From assembly GCA_963821645.1 (NCBI GenBank), contig CAWGEQ010000050.1:174-64173 (forward strand): a DNA stretch of 64,000 bases, given 5' to 3'. Below are positions 28,976 through 40,074 of the stretch, piece by piece (positions within the stretch are counted from its first letter, which is position 1; each line of letters starts with the position of its first letter). The translations under genes were made by a program, and so were the position numbers. Below the pieces are notes generated by a model. It made no database searches. It saw only the letters and a list, made by a program, of their open reading frames with translations, and was not told the origin of the DNA. The DNA comes from an uncultured delta proteobacterium. GTDB lineage: Bacteria; Desulfobacterota; RBG-13-43-22.

Positions 28976-31900
28976 AATTTTTCAATCCGCACGGCACAAA
29001 GCTTCAATTCCGGAATTTTGGCCACAGGGTCCAGGGCGGTCTGGGTAAGGCGGTTGGCCGCCGCTTCCGCGTAGTGGAAGGGGATAAAGATAGTCCCCTC
29101 CGGAGAACGGTCGGTTAATTTGACTTTGGCCTCAAGGTCACCCCGTCTGGAAACAACCCGTACCCTTTCTCCATCGGCGACCTTCAAAGAACCGGCATCG
29201 TTTAAAGAAACTTCAATTAAACATTCCGGCGCCATTTCCTCCAACCCTTTGCTCTTTCGGGTCATGGTGCCTGTATGGTACTGGTAAAGAATCCGGCCGG
29301 TGCTCAAAACTAATGGGTATTCTTCATCCTGTACTTCCCGAGGTCCCTGATAAGCCAGGGCATGGAACTTACCCAGGCCCCGGGTAAACCGGTCTTTATG
29401 AAGATAAGGGGTCCCGGGGTGGTCCAGGGTGGGACAGGGCCACTGGAGTCCCGTCCGGTTGATACGTTGGTAAGTAATTCCGGCATAGGATGGCGTCAAA
29501 GAACGCACTTCTTCAAAAATGGCCTCGGGGTTTTCATAGGACATGGGCAGACCCATCCGCGTGGCTAAATCTACCAATATCTGCCAGTCGGGTCTCGATT
29601 CCCCTAAGGGAATAATAGCCTGGCGGACCCTTTGGACCCGCCGCTCGGTATTGGTAAAGGTGCCTTCCTTTTCGGCAAAAGAGGCTCCGGGTAAGACCAC
29701 ATCGGCTAATTGCGCCGTCTCGGTCAAAAAGATATCTTGGACCACTAAAAAATCCAAGGCCTTCAAGGCCTGAATCAGATGATGGGAATCCGGATCGGAA
29801 ACTACCGGATTTTCACCAAAAATATAAAGGCCTCGAAGCTCTTTTTTCAGGGCCGACTGGGTCATCTCCATCAAAGTCAGGCCCACCTGGTTCGAAAGGC
29901 CTTTTACTCCCCAGGCTTTTTCCATTTTTTCAACCTTTTCAGGATCGCTCACGGACTGATATCCGGAAAAAACATCCGGTAATCCGCCCATGTCACAGGC
30001 CCCTTGAACGTTGTTCTGACCCCGTAAGGGATTGACCCCCGCCCCTGGAAAGCCCACATTGCCGCAGATCATAGACAGATTGCCCAAGGCCTTGACATTA
30101 TCAGTCCCATGGGTGTGCTGGGTGATTCCCATGGTATAATAGATGGCCGCCTTGTCGCTGGCATACAAACGGGCCGCCAGGGCCAGGTCCTTTTCAGGGA
30201 TGCCGGTTATCTTGGAGACAACGTCGGGGGTGAAGGAGGAAACCGCGGCTTTCAATTCTTCAAACCCCTCGGTCCGCTCCTTGATGAACTCCTGGTTTTG
30301 AAGGCCTTCTTGAATGATATTGTTAATCAGACCGTTGATCCAAGCCAGGTCGGTACCCGGTTTCGGCCTCAACCAAAGGTCGGCGATCTCGGCTAATTCG
30401 ATCTTTCTCGGATCGACTAAAATAAGCTTAGCCCCGTGATGCAATACGGCCCGTTTGATGGCCGCCCCGATGACCGGGTGATTTTCGGTGGTATTGGAGC
30501 CGGTAACTAAGATGACCTTGGCTTTCTCTATATCAGAAATAGAATTAGTCATCGCGCCGCTTCCAAAGGCCGCAGCCAGACCGGCTACGGTAGAAGAGTG
30601 TCAAAGCCGGGCGCAATGATCGATGTTGTTGGTTTTAAAAACACCACGGACCAACTTCTGCATCAGATAATTTTCTTCATTGGTCGCCCGGGCCGAGGTT
30701 AGACCGGCTAACGAGTTTGAACCATATTGATCCCGAATTTCCAAAAATCGTTTGGCCACCAAGTCCAGGGCCTCATCCCAGGAGGCTTGGCGAAAATGCT
30801 CCCCTTCCCTGATCAACGGAGATGTCAAACGGTCCGGATGGTTGATAAAATCAAATCCGAACCGGCCTTTTACGCACAGATGCCCATAATTGGGAGGGGT
30901 GGTTTGGTCTCCTCCGGTAACCCGGACGATCTGATTATCGACTTTTTCCAGATAGAGTTGGCAGCCTACGCCGCAGTAAGTACAGGTGGTCTTTGTCCTC
31001 TCCAAATTCCAAGGGCCTGGACGACCTTCGATCTTTTCGGTCAGTGCCCCGGTTGGACAGTTGGCCAGACAATAACCACAGGAAACACAGCGTTCATTGA
31101 TAGCCGGTGTATAGGAAGGGGGACCGCCTTCGGCCCCTTTGTCCACCGGAAGGAGGTCAAAAGCATTTTGAATCTGATACTCCGAACAGCCGTGGACGCA
31201 TCTGCGGCAGGTAATGCATTTATTCGGATCAATATTGATGAAGGGATGCCCTGATTGGAGGGGATACATCCGCTTTGTCCAGATCGGTAATTTGTCGATA
31301 TCCACTTTGTACATATCGGCGTAGGCCCGCAGGCGGCAGTCATAGACATCCTGGCAGCCGCAGGAAAGGCAGCGGGCGGCTTCTTCCATGGCCTCCGCCT
31401 GCCCTATGGTGGCCTCTACTTCCCTGAAGTTCTTCTCCCGTTCCGGTAATGGCAGATGGGGTTGATGAACCCGCGGGCTCTCCGGAATGCCTTCAAAATT
31501 GGCCTGGTCCACCTGGGCCAATTTCCCCTTGCTGATGTTAAAGGGCTTTTTTACCGGTTGGACGGCCCCTCGGGTCAGATATTGATGGATGGAATTGGCT
31601 GCTGTCCGGCCGTCAGCGATGGCTTGAATAACCGTTTGTGGGCCCCGCCAGAGATCTCCTCCTATAAAAAGATCGGGAATAGAGGTCTGAAGAGTTTGGG
31701 GATTCGCATCGGGCGTACCCCACTTGGAAAGGACCAACTCCTTCAAATCCGGGTCCTTCTCCAGGAAGGTCAGATCCGAAAACTGACCGATGGAGATGAC
31801 GGCCAGGTCGGCTTCCAGGATAGTCTCCGACCCCGGGATAGGAACCGGTCTGGCCCTGCCCCCGGCATCCGGTTCCTTCAGTTCGTTGCGGATAAATTCA

Positions 31901-33093
31901 AGGGCTTTAAATCGACCATTTTCGGAGATAATCCTGGTTGGAGAAACCAGGAGTTCCAGCTTAACCCCTTCGGCTTCCGTTGCGGCCACTTCCTCCGGAT
32001 GGGCGGTCATCTCTTTCCGGGACCGCCGATAAAGCATGGTCACCTCCTCGGCCCCAAGACGCAGGCATGTTCTGGCCGCGTCCATACCCGTATTCCCATT
32101 TCCAATGATCAGGACCTTTTTTCCGATTTCCGGCGGGTTGCCCATGGCCGTTTGAATCAAAAAGTTGAGGGCGTGGACAATCCCCGGTTGGTCTTCCCCC
32201 TCAAGGCCCAATCGGGTCGATTTCCAGGTGCCCACGGCCAAAAAGATGGCCTTATATCCCTCCTTCCGGAGATCGGCCAGGGTAAAATCCTGGCCGAAGA
32301 ACTGATTAGGCCGGACCTCTACGCCCAGGTCGAGAATCCCCTTGATTTCCTGGTCCAAAATCTTTTTTGGCAGGCGATATTCCGGAATGGCATAGCGGAG
32401 CATTCCCCCCAACAGGGGTTTGGCATCGAATATTGTTACCCCATGTCCCTTTTGGCGGAGATAATAAGCCGCGGAAAGACCACCGGGTCCGCCGCCGATA
32501 ATGGCCACCTTATGGCCACTGTTAGGGGCAACCTCGGGTTTATATGAAATCCCCTGCAGGAGGTCGTAATCGGCCACAAACCGTTTCAAGGGATTGATGG
32601 CAATGGGTTGGTCGACCCGGTTTCTTCGGCAGGCCTCCTCGCAGAAATGGGGACAGACCCGGCCGATACATAAGGGAAGGGGGTTCCTCTCTTTAATCAA
32701 CTTAAGGGCTTCCTCAAATTTACCCCGGCTGACATGGGCCACATAGCCCTGGATGTCAATCCCGGCCGGGCAGGCTAAGTGGCAGGGGGCCAGGCAGTCC
32801 CCATAATGCTGTTCTAAAAGGAGCTTCAAGACCCCTTGGCGGGCCTCCAGAACAGCCGGGGCATCGGTCTCGACAACCATCCCCTCTTTGACCGGGGCGG
32901 CGCAGGAGGCAACCAGCTTTTGCTCGCCTTCAACTTGAACTACGCAGATCCGGCAAGCCTCTTCCGGTTTTAACAGGGGGTTATGGCAGAGGGTCGGGAT
33001 AAATATCCCTCCCTGGGTGGCGGCCTGTAATATCGTATTCCCGGTATCCGTTTGCACAGACCGGCTATTTATCGTTAAGGTCACTTTAGACAT
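28972..33093 (-). CDS. fdhA: Selenocysteine-containing formate dehydrogenase alpha subunit fused to 2Fe-2S/4Fe-4S and GltD-like FAD/NAD(P)H modules (about 1357 codons, UGA=Sec at 30603..30601)
   Basis: The two ORFs are in the same frame and separated only by TGA. The junction reads [29 protein letters not shown], matching the FDH Sec motif (CAR.UH...GAMTN). The upstream part holds GltD-type GGGPGG and NGNTG Rossmann folds and Fe-S Cys clusters. Confidence 0.88.
30570..30590 (-). promoter_or_regulatory. Candidate bacterial SECIS hairpin
   Basis: CCGUAGCC-GGUCU-GGCUGCGG (8-bp stem including one G-U) starts 11 nt after the UGA. The GGUCU apical loop resembles the E. coli fdhF SECIS loop. Confidence 0.65.
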
Positions 33094-33344
33094 TGCTTGC
33101 TCCTCACAATGATAAATAAAAAATGGACTCCCGACATACCCATGACATGGATATCAATACCTTATGAAATTGCCCGAACCCTTATAATATGAAAATAAAA
33201 GAGAGTCAATGAGTTTTGATGATTTTATCCAGGTCATCTTGTTTTTTTTTACTCTTTTGGGCCTGGAAAGATCTTTTATAGTCAACATACCGATAGTGCC
33301 AAAAATTCTATCGAAAAGATAAGCCTGTTTTTCGTGGACATCCC

Positions 33345-34790
33345 TCATTTCCGGGGACACCCGGCCAGGATACCGAAGCGGGTTATTTTTTCATACAGGG
33401 CCTTCCGGGAAATTCCGAGTCGCCTGGCAGCGATGCTCTTATTTCCATCGCTTTTTTTGAGAGTTTCCAAAATGAGTTCATATTCCATATCCTTTAGGCG
33501 TACGCCGTGCTCCGGGATATCGCCTATGATTTTTTTAGGTTGCCTTGCGGATATTCTCCCTGATTCAGTTATGATCTTTTCCGGAAAGTCCTCAAGGCCT
33601 AAAAGGGGTCCCTTGGAAAGAATTACCGCCCGGGCCAGACAATTTTTTAATTCCCGGACATTGCCCGGCCAGGAATAATGAACCAGAGTCTCCATCAGTT
33701 CGGGTTGCACCCCTTCTATTTCTTTTTTGTATTGCCCGGCGTATTGTTTTAAAAAATGACCTACCAATAAGGGAATATCCTGTTGGCGTTGGTGCAAAGG
33801 GGGCACCCGTATGGAAATTACCTCGATCCTATAAAGGAGGTCCCTTAAGAAACGACCTTTCTTGATTTCTTCATGGAGGTTCAGATTGGTGGCGGCAATG
33901 AGCCTGACATCCACCTTTCGGGTTTCGGTACTTCCAACGGGTTCAAAGGTCATATCTTCCAAAAAACGAAGTAGTTTGGCCTGGAGAACCATACTCATCT
34001 GACCAATTTCATCGAGGAACAAGGTCCCTTTATCGGCCATTTCCAGACGGCCCTTCTTTTCATTTACGGCTCCGGTGAAAGCCCCCCTTACGTACCCGAA
34101 CAACTCCGCCTCCAAAAGACTTTCGGTAAGAGCCGCCGAATTGATACAGATCATCCCTTTGTCCTGGCGGGAGTTCTCCAGATGCAGAGCTCGGGCCAGT
34201 AATTCTTTGCCGGTGCCGGTTTCTCCTAATATCAATACGGGGACATCCGTGGGCCCCACGGTACGAACCAGGTCAAAGATCTCGGTCATCTCCGGGCAGG
34301 AACCGATGATAGAATGAAAGGAATGCTCACTCCAGACTCGTTCTTGCAGATTAATCAGTTCCTGCGATCTCTCGTGCTCCAGAATGGCCCTTTCCAAAAC
34401 AATAGCCAGTTCCTCGTAATTAAGCGGCTTGATCAAATAATTGGTGACCCCCTCCTTTAGCGCCTGAACAGCGGATTTGACGGTCCCATAGGCAGTCATG
34501 ATAATAAATGGAGGGGCTTTTCGAAAGCCATCCATTTTTCGATACAATTCAACGCCATCTATTTCGCTCATCTTAAGATCTGATAACACCAGGTCTATAT
34601 CAGGAGTTTCACGGTAAATCTTTAAAGCCTTGGTCCCACTGTTGGCCGTAATGATCGTATAACCCTCGTCCTCGAGGATGGCCATCAACACCTTTAAAGT
34701 ATTGATACGGTCATCGACTACCAGAATCTTTCTCTTCTTCAGATTCATCGATTTCATCTTTCTTATCCGCTCTAAGGGGTAATTTAACAA
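33345..34790 (-). CDS. Sigma-54-dependent response regulator (NtrC/AtoC family enhancer-binding protein)
   Basis: Contains a REC domain, an AAA+ domain (GETGTGKE Walker A and the GAFTGA sigma-54 contact loop) and a C-terminal Fis-type HTH. The likely true start is Met at 34757 or 34748. Confidence 0.92.
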   Translation of the reverse strand: MLNYPLERIRKMKSMNLKKRKILVVDDRINTLKVLMAILEDEGYTIITANSGTKALKIYRETPDIDLVLSDLKMSEIDGVELYRKMDGFRKAPPFIIMTAYGTVKSAVQALKEGVTNYLIKPLNYEELAIVLERAILEHERSQELINLQERVWSEHSFHSIIGSCPEMTEIFDLVRTVGPTDVPVLILGETGTGKELLARALHLENSRQDKGMICINSAALTESLLEAELFGYVRGAFTGAVNEKKGRLEMADKGTLFLDEIGQMSMVLQAKLLRFLEDMTFEPVGSTETRKVDVRLIAATNLNLHEEIKKGRFLRDLLYRIEVISIRVPPLHQRQQDIPLLVGHFLKQYAGQYKKEIEGVQPELMETLVHYSWPGNVRELKNCLARAVILSKGPLLGLEDFPEKIITESGRISARQPKKIIGDIPEHGVRLKDMEYELILETLKKSDGNKSIAARRLGISRKALYEKITRFGILAGCPRK

Positions 34791-36589
34791 CGACCCTTGT
34801 TCCCGCCCCGACCTGGCTGGTTATCTGGATGGTTCCCCCATGGGCCTCAATAATACCGAGGCTTATAGGAAGCCCAAGCCCGGTTCCGGTCTCCTTCGTG
34901 CTGAAGAAAGGATCAAATATGTTTCTAAGGTCTTCATGGGATATGCCCACACCGGTATCTTTCACCGAAATCCGAATCCAGTTGGGAAGACCGGGGGTGA
35001 TCTTCCTCTTTGAAGGTACGGGTAAGGATCATTAATTCGCCGCCATCGGGCATGGCCTCGACGGCATTAATGAACAGGTTTACCAATACCTGCTCAATCT
35101 GATGGGCGTCGATGAAGGCCGTCGGGAGATCTTTTTCCAATATAGTGTGAAAGGTGATGCCCCTTTCCTCGGCCTGTTTTTTAAACAGACCTTGTATCGA
35201 CAGAATCAGCTTATGGAGATCCGTGGGGACCCGTTTCGGCTTGGCCTGTCTGGCAAAATAAAGGAACTCGGTGACAAATTGACTCAGGCGATCGATCTCC
35301 TCCGAGACCAGACTGGTATATTCATTGATAAGGGGATCATCCGACCTTTTTCGTTGCAGGTAGACAATGGCCCCCTTCATGGCATTCAAGGGATTCCGTA
35401 TCTCATGGGCCACACCGGCGGATAGGCGTCCTAAAGAAATCAATTTTTCCGAACGTATCAGCTCATCATGGATTCGGGATAGATTTCTCATCATTCGATT
35501 AAATGAGCGGGTCAAATCCCCTAACTCATCCCTGGATTGGACCGGGATATCCTGGCTGAGATCCCCGTTGGCTATCCGATCGGTCGCCGTGACCAGATTT
35601 CTTACCGGCCTGAGCAAAAAATAGGACAAAATACTCACGCCGATAATCGTAAAGAGGATGGCAATCAATACGAACTGAATAACCCGATTTCGCAGGGCAT
35701 AGGCCTCCTTGGTAAATTCTTCGGTGGGGATAGCCACGGCCAGCGACCACCCCATACCCTTAACCGGCTCAAAGGCGGCCACTTTGTCTTCTCCCTGGAA
35801 AGAATAACGCTTCCAGCCGCTTTCCCCGGCCATCATGTCTAAGACCAGGTTTCTTAAGCTCAGATCGGGATAGGTTTCCAGGGTATATCGGTAGGGTTCG
35901 AATAAAGGGTGGACGATATTTCTTCCGTATTGATCAATGAGAAAGGCATACCCTTTATCCCCCACATGAATATGTCTCACCAAATCGATGATCTTATTAA
36001 AGTCGAGGTCGATGACGATCAGGCCGGCGAATTCTTTCCAGCCGCTATAAAAGGGCATGGCGTAATGAATAACGAATCCCCGATTAATAGGGGAGGGCAT
36101 GATATCGGAACTAACCATAGTAAGTATCTTTAAATGGCGGCTGTTTTTAAAAAATGGCTGTCTACTTTGGTTTTCCAGGTCTTTTATGGCCCCTTCCCTT
36201 CTGACCTTGATGAGTTCCTGACCATCACGATCGATGTATCGGATCTGAAAATAGGCGGGGGTCCGGAGAATAAAATCATGAAAGAGACGAACGATGTTAT
36301 CATGATTGAATTCCGCCTCTGCCGTCAGTCTAAAAGACCGGGTGAGGTGATAGTCTTCCAATATGGGAAGACGGGAGATGGTCTCCAGATCTGTACGACA
36401 ATTATAGAATATATTGCTGATGATATTCGCCGTGGCCCTGACGGCCACCCTCTGTTCCTGACGAACAAGACGGTTCACCCGCTCCCCGGACTCCTGGATG
36501 GCAAAGTACCCCACGGCGGAGATCGGAATGCAGACCAATGGCAGAATGAATACGAGTAATTTTAATGAGATAGAGAATCGTATCTTCAT
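34711..36589 (-). pseudogene. Sensor histidine kinase (TM - Cache-like periplasmic domain - TM - HAMP - HisKA - HATPase), frame broken by one extra base
   Basis: H-box SAGVAHEIRNPLN is present. The two ORFs join if the C5 run (plus G5 34993..34997) is read as C4 (...EEDHPGLPNWIRISVKDTGVGIS...). The span is 3n+1. Confidence 0.88.
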
Positions 36590-36591
36590 AG

Positions 36592-36607
36592 TGGCAAAAA
36601 GCTTGAA
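36592..36607 (+). promoter_or_regulatory. Weak sigma-54-like -24/-12 element upstream of the first binding-protein gene
   Basis: TGGCAAAAAGCTTGAA has correct GG to -12 spacing, but the -12 element is GA rather than GC. It lies about 180 nt upstream of ATG 36785. Confidence 0.3.
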
Positions 36608-36661
36608 GAGGGCTCAACTATCGGTTAGACTGAGACGCTCGTCCGGCCTTCATACGAAAAT

Positions 36662-36705
36662 GCAAGGTGCAAGTTTCAAGTGTGAAAAACCTTGAACCCT
36701 ATACC
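36662..36705. repeat. Repeat family A, short degenerate copy
   Basis: GCAAGGTGCAAGTTTCAAGTGTGAAAAACCTTGAACCCTATA shares the CAAGG...TTCAAGTG...CCTTGAACCCTAT core and terminus with copy 1. Confidence 0.5.
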
Positions 36706-36784
36706 TTTTTTCATGTTCCAAGGCGCAGTATAGCAAAAGGGATATTTTTAGTCGAGTTTATAAGATTCGTAAGGATGCTCCGCG

Positions 36785-38113
36785 ATGCGTCATTATAAGA
36801 TCCCCCCTTTATCCCCTTTACCCGTAACGCGGCAGACCCTCAGAAGAAATGGATTTAGACCCGGGCTGTGGTTGCGTCTGTTCGTTGGGGTCGTCTTTAT
36901 TCTTTTTTTATCTCCTTTGGAAAATTCGGCAACCGAGATCGTCGTCGGTGTAGCCACCTCTCTGCAGTTATTGGAAGGCCGGGAAAGCCTCCAGGCCGTT
37001 GAACTGGCGGTCGAAGAGATCAATCATAAAGGAGGAGTACGCCTCGGCGGGAAAGGAATACCCATACGGGTCAAGTCCATTGACCTTCAGGATGCCTCTA
37101 ATGACGTTTCCGTGTCCAAGGCCCTTTTAACCCTGGAAACCTTTATTCACAGGGAACACATCCAGGCCATCCTGGTAGGACCGTTCCGGTCTGAGGTCTT
37201 GCTGGCCGGGATGAATATGATGGCCGGGAATAAGATTCCCCTATTAGGGACCATAGCCATGTCGGCGGCCTCGGAAGCCAGGATCATGAAGGATCCTAAA
37301 TATAAAAACATCTTTCGGGTGGGACTCGACTCGAAATACCTGGTCGAGTATCTTATTAAGACCATGAAATTCCTGAACGAGAAATTCAAGTTTAAGAAGG
37401 TCTATATCATGAACCAGGATGTCGCCTGGACACGGAGTGCGGCATCATTGTTGGTCAAGTTATACTTTGAAAGGGCCGGGTGGGAGGTGATCGCCATAGA
37501 TACCTACCCCAACGGTGCGACGGACTTTTCCGAAGGGTTGAAGAAGGCGCAGATAAAGAAAGCCCAGGTTATTTTACCCATATTTGATATGCCCGAGAGC
37601 GGTATCCTGGTCAAACAATGGAATACCATGAAAGTGCCGGCCCTTCTATGTGGCTTTATCTCTCCCATGGTTGGCCCCAGTGCCTGGGAGAGGTTTGACG
37701 GCAAGATTGCCGGTTCTTTGAACGTTATCTTTGAGCTGGGCAATGTGCCTTCTTCCACCTTCAGACCGGCCGAGGATTTTTATAATGCCTATCGATCACG
37801 ATATGGGAAAGAGATTGAGGCCGGTCATGGTCCGGCACCCGCCTATGAGTCTGTGTATATCCTGGCCGAGGCCATTGAAAGGGCCGGCTCTCTCGATCCG
37901 AACAAGCTTGTTCAGGCTATAGAAAAGACCAATCGGATAGGGTCCATGGGACGCATTCAATTCCATCGGGGGCATCAGGTGATCTTCGGAGAAGATCCCC
38001 AGAAAGAAGCCCTGGCCTGTGTTATCCAATGGACCAAAGAGGGACATCGAAGAATTGTTTATCCCCCCTCTATCGCGGAAGGAAAAATCAGGCTACCCCA
38101 GTTGCTCCGATAG
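36785..38113 (+). CDS. ABC transporter substrate-binding protein, LivK/type-I periplasmic binding fold (paralog 1)
   Basis: 442 aa with an N-terminal hydrophobic segment. It aligns along its length with the next binding protein (VGPFRSE, QDVAW, QVILPIFDM, VKQWN.MKVPAL, GHGPAPAYESVYIL.EAIERAGSL). Confidence 0.85.
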   Translation: MRHYKIPPLSPLPVTRQTLRRNGFRPGLWLRLFVGVVFILFLSPLENSATEIVVGVATSLQLLEGRESLQAVELAVEEINHKGGVRLGGKGIPIRVKSIDLQDASNDVSVSKALLTLETFIHREHIQAILVGPFRSEVLLAGMNMMAGNKIPLLGTIAMSAASEARIMKDPKYKNIFRVGLDSKYLVEYLIKTMKFLNEKFKFKKVYIMNQDVAWTRSAASLLVKLYFERAGWEVIAIDTYPNGATDFSEGLKKAQIKKAQVILPIFDMPESGILVKQWNTMKVPALLCGFISPMVGPSAWERFDGKIAGSLNVIFELGNVPSSTFRPAEDFYNAYRSRYGKEIEAGHGPAPAYESVYILAEAIERAGSLDPNKLVQAIEKTNRIGSMGRIQFHRGHQVIFGEDPQKEALACVIQWTKEGHRRIVYPPSIAEGKIRLPQLLR

Positions 38114-38124
38114 AATAGTATGAG

Positions 38125-38252
38125 AATAGGGTTCAAGGATTCAAGGATTCAAGGGTTCCAGGGTTTTAATTTCAACGCCTTTCACTTGAATCCTTGACCC
38201 CTGGGCCCCTTGAATCCTGGTTTCATAATTCGTGGCGCCCCCTATGGGCATG
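38125..38252. repeat. Repeat family A, copy 2 (inverted relative to copy 1)
   Basis: Its reverse complement aligns with 27345..27469 over about 125 nt. It ends with TTCGTGGCGCCCC, a motif also found at 45228..45240. Confidence 0.8.
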
Positions 38253-38425
38253 ACGGTTAATACGAACCTTCCATTCGGTCTTTGGCGAGACTATCTAAAA
38301 ATTGTTTCCTTTATTACTCACTATGATGATTTAATGCCCTTAATAGTAACATCATTTATAACACCATAGAATAACATATATTTTTTTATATTTTGCGTTT
38401 TTTACGATAAAAATATTTTTATAGA

Positions 38426-38442
38426 TGTAACCGATAGTTACA
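38426..38442. promoter_or_regulatory. Perfect palindrome TGTAAC-N5-GTTACA, candidate enhancer (UAS) for the sigma-54 activator
   Basis: Perfect inverted hexamers sit about 85 bp upstream of the -24 element in a very AT-rich spacer. Confidence 0.4.
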
Positions 38443-38514
38443 GTAAAAAACGATTTCTTGAAACCATTTTAAAAATAGGCCTTATTTTCAACAAGTTGGT
38501 TATCATTATTGAAA

Positions 38515-38531
38515 TGGCTTACCCTTTGCAT
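38515..38531 (+). promoter_or_regulatory. Sigma-54 (-24/-12) promoter
   Basis: TGGCTTACCCTTTGCAT matches TGGCAC-N5-TTGCW with exact GG/GC spacing. It lies about 150 nt upstream of ATG 38682. Confidence 0.75.
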
Positions 38532-38681
38532 AAGCTATTACAGCTTTGAATGGTTTGGTATATGTCTTTCCTTATATCGCTGCAATGCGGACAGGCGAGG
38601 CAACCTTTATCAGAGCGGTTTTTGCCTTATTACCCTTATCCCCGTACTATACGGGACGGTCTCAACCGAAAGGAGAAAGCA

Positions 38682-39962
38682 ATGCAAAAGAAAGTCTGGC
38701 GGTATGGGTTCCTGTTTGGGTTGGTTCTATCTCTATGCGGCCCGGTTCATCCTGGCTTTGGAGCAGACCCTATTGTCATCGGGGTGCCCACTTTTTTAAG
38801 CCACGTCGATGGAAAGGAATCCCTGAACACCCTGATGATGGCGGTGGATGAAATCAACGCCAAGGGGGGGGTAAAGGTCGGGTCTGAAAAAAGGCTTTTT
38901 AAGGTCGAAGCCCTGGACATTCGCGACGGCGCACCGGGGGTGCCGGTACCCGAAGCCCTTCTGGGTATCGAAAAGGTCATTCTGGAGAAAAAACCCACAG
39001 CCCTTCTGGTTGGCCCCTTCCGATCCGAAGCCTTAATGGCCGCCATGGATCTCATCGCCAAATATAAAGTTCCCATGATAGGATCGATTGCCATGATCCC
39101 GGCCTCTGAAGATAAGATCAGGCAGGACCCGGGGAAATATAAATACATATTCAGAAATTGCCTCAACGCCAAATATCTGGTCGGCAACCTGATCGGCGTC
39201 ATGGCCTTCATCCATAAGGAATTCGGTTTCAACAAGGTTCTGGTCATGCACCAGGATGTGGCCTGGGCCAGGGCCACGGCAAACGGTATTATCAAGAATT
39301 ACTTTGAAAAGGCAGGCTGGACGGTGTTGGGGCAAGAGGCCTATCCCACCGGGGCCTCCGACTTCTCCTCGGGGCTGATGAAGGCCCAAAGCGGCGGCGC
39401 CCAGGTAATCCTGCCCATTTTTGATATGGCCTCGAGCGCCGTGCTGGTCAAGCAGTGGAATTCCATGAAGGTTCCCGCTCTGGTGGCCGGCTTCATCTCT
39501 CCTCTGGCCGGGCCCAGTGCCTGGAAGACCTTTGATCAAAAAATTGGAGGGGCCATTAATGTGAATTTTGAACTGGGCAGCGCCATAGCCAGCAAAAAGT
39601 GGCCCAAATCATGGGCCTTTGAACAGGCCTTTGAAAAGAAATATAAACGTCCCCTGGATGGGGGGCACGGCGAAGCGCCCTCTTATGATGCGGTCTATAT
39701 TCTTAAAGAAGCCATTGAACGGGCCGGGTCCCTCAATGCCGACGCTATCGTCGCCGCCCTCGAAAAAACCGACTATACCGGCGTCGTGGGTAGAACCCGA
39801 TTCGATAACGGTCATCAGGCCATTTTCGGCATGGATCCCAAAGAAGCCGACGTAGCCGCCGCTTTTCAATGGATGGATAATGGAGGGCGTACGGTCGTTT
39901 TCCCCGAATCCATTGCCGAGGGCAAGATCCAATTGCCGTCAGGTTTAAAGTCAGCCAAATAA
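38682..39962 (+). CDS. ABC transporter substrate-binding protein, LivK-type (paralog 2)
   Basis: The start ATG 38682 is preceded by AGGAGAAAG, and a signal peptide follows (MQKKVWRYGFLFGLVLSLCGPVHPGFG). The longer ORF from 38550 is probably an upstream extension. Confidence 0.88.
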   Translation: MQKKVWRYGFLFGLVLSLCGPVHPGFGADPIVIGVPTFLSHVDGKESLNTLMMAVDEINAKGGVKVGSEKRLFKVEALDIRDGAPGVPVPEALLGIEKVILEKKPTALLVGPFRSEALMAAMDLIAKYKVPMIGSIAMIPASEDKIRQDPGKYKYIFRNCLNAKYLVGNLIGVMAFIHKEFGFNKVLVMHQDVAWARATANGIIKNYFEKAGWTVLGQEAYPTGASDFSSGLMKAQSGGAQVILPIFDMASSAVLVKQWNSMKVPALVAGFISPLAGPSAWKTFDQKIGGAINVNFELGSAIASKKWPKSWAFEQAFEKKYKRPLDGGHGEAPSYDAVYILKEAIERAGSLNADAIVAALEKTDYTGVVGRTRFDNGHQAIFGMDPKEADVAAAFQWMDNGGRTVVFPESIAEGKIQLPSGLKSAK

Positions 39963-40074
39963 GTTGCGAGTTGCGGGTTACGAGTGAAAAAGTTTTTATT
40001 TCTTAACCCGCAACAGTTTTAAAGTTTCAGAATAAACTATGCAAGAATATTGATAAAGAGAGGGAGAGGGTCCA

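Noticed and set aside
33094-33344. Sigma-54 promoter for fdhA (TGGCAC on the minus strand near 33294..33299)
   Set aside because: The -12 position reads GTAT instead of TTGC at the required spacing, so it fails the GG-N10-GC rule.
33154-33360. 68-aa ORF between fdhA and the sigma-54 regulator
   Set aside because: It lies in an AT-rich promoter-like spacer, overlaps the regulator's stop region, and shows no motifs or convincing start context.
38550-38681. 44-codon upstream extension of the second binding-protein ORF
   Set aside because: The internal ATG 38682 has a good AGGAG RBS and is followed directly by a signal peptide. The extension would also cover the region just downstream of the sigma-54 promoter.
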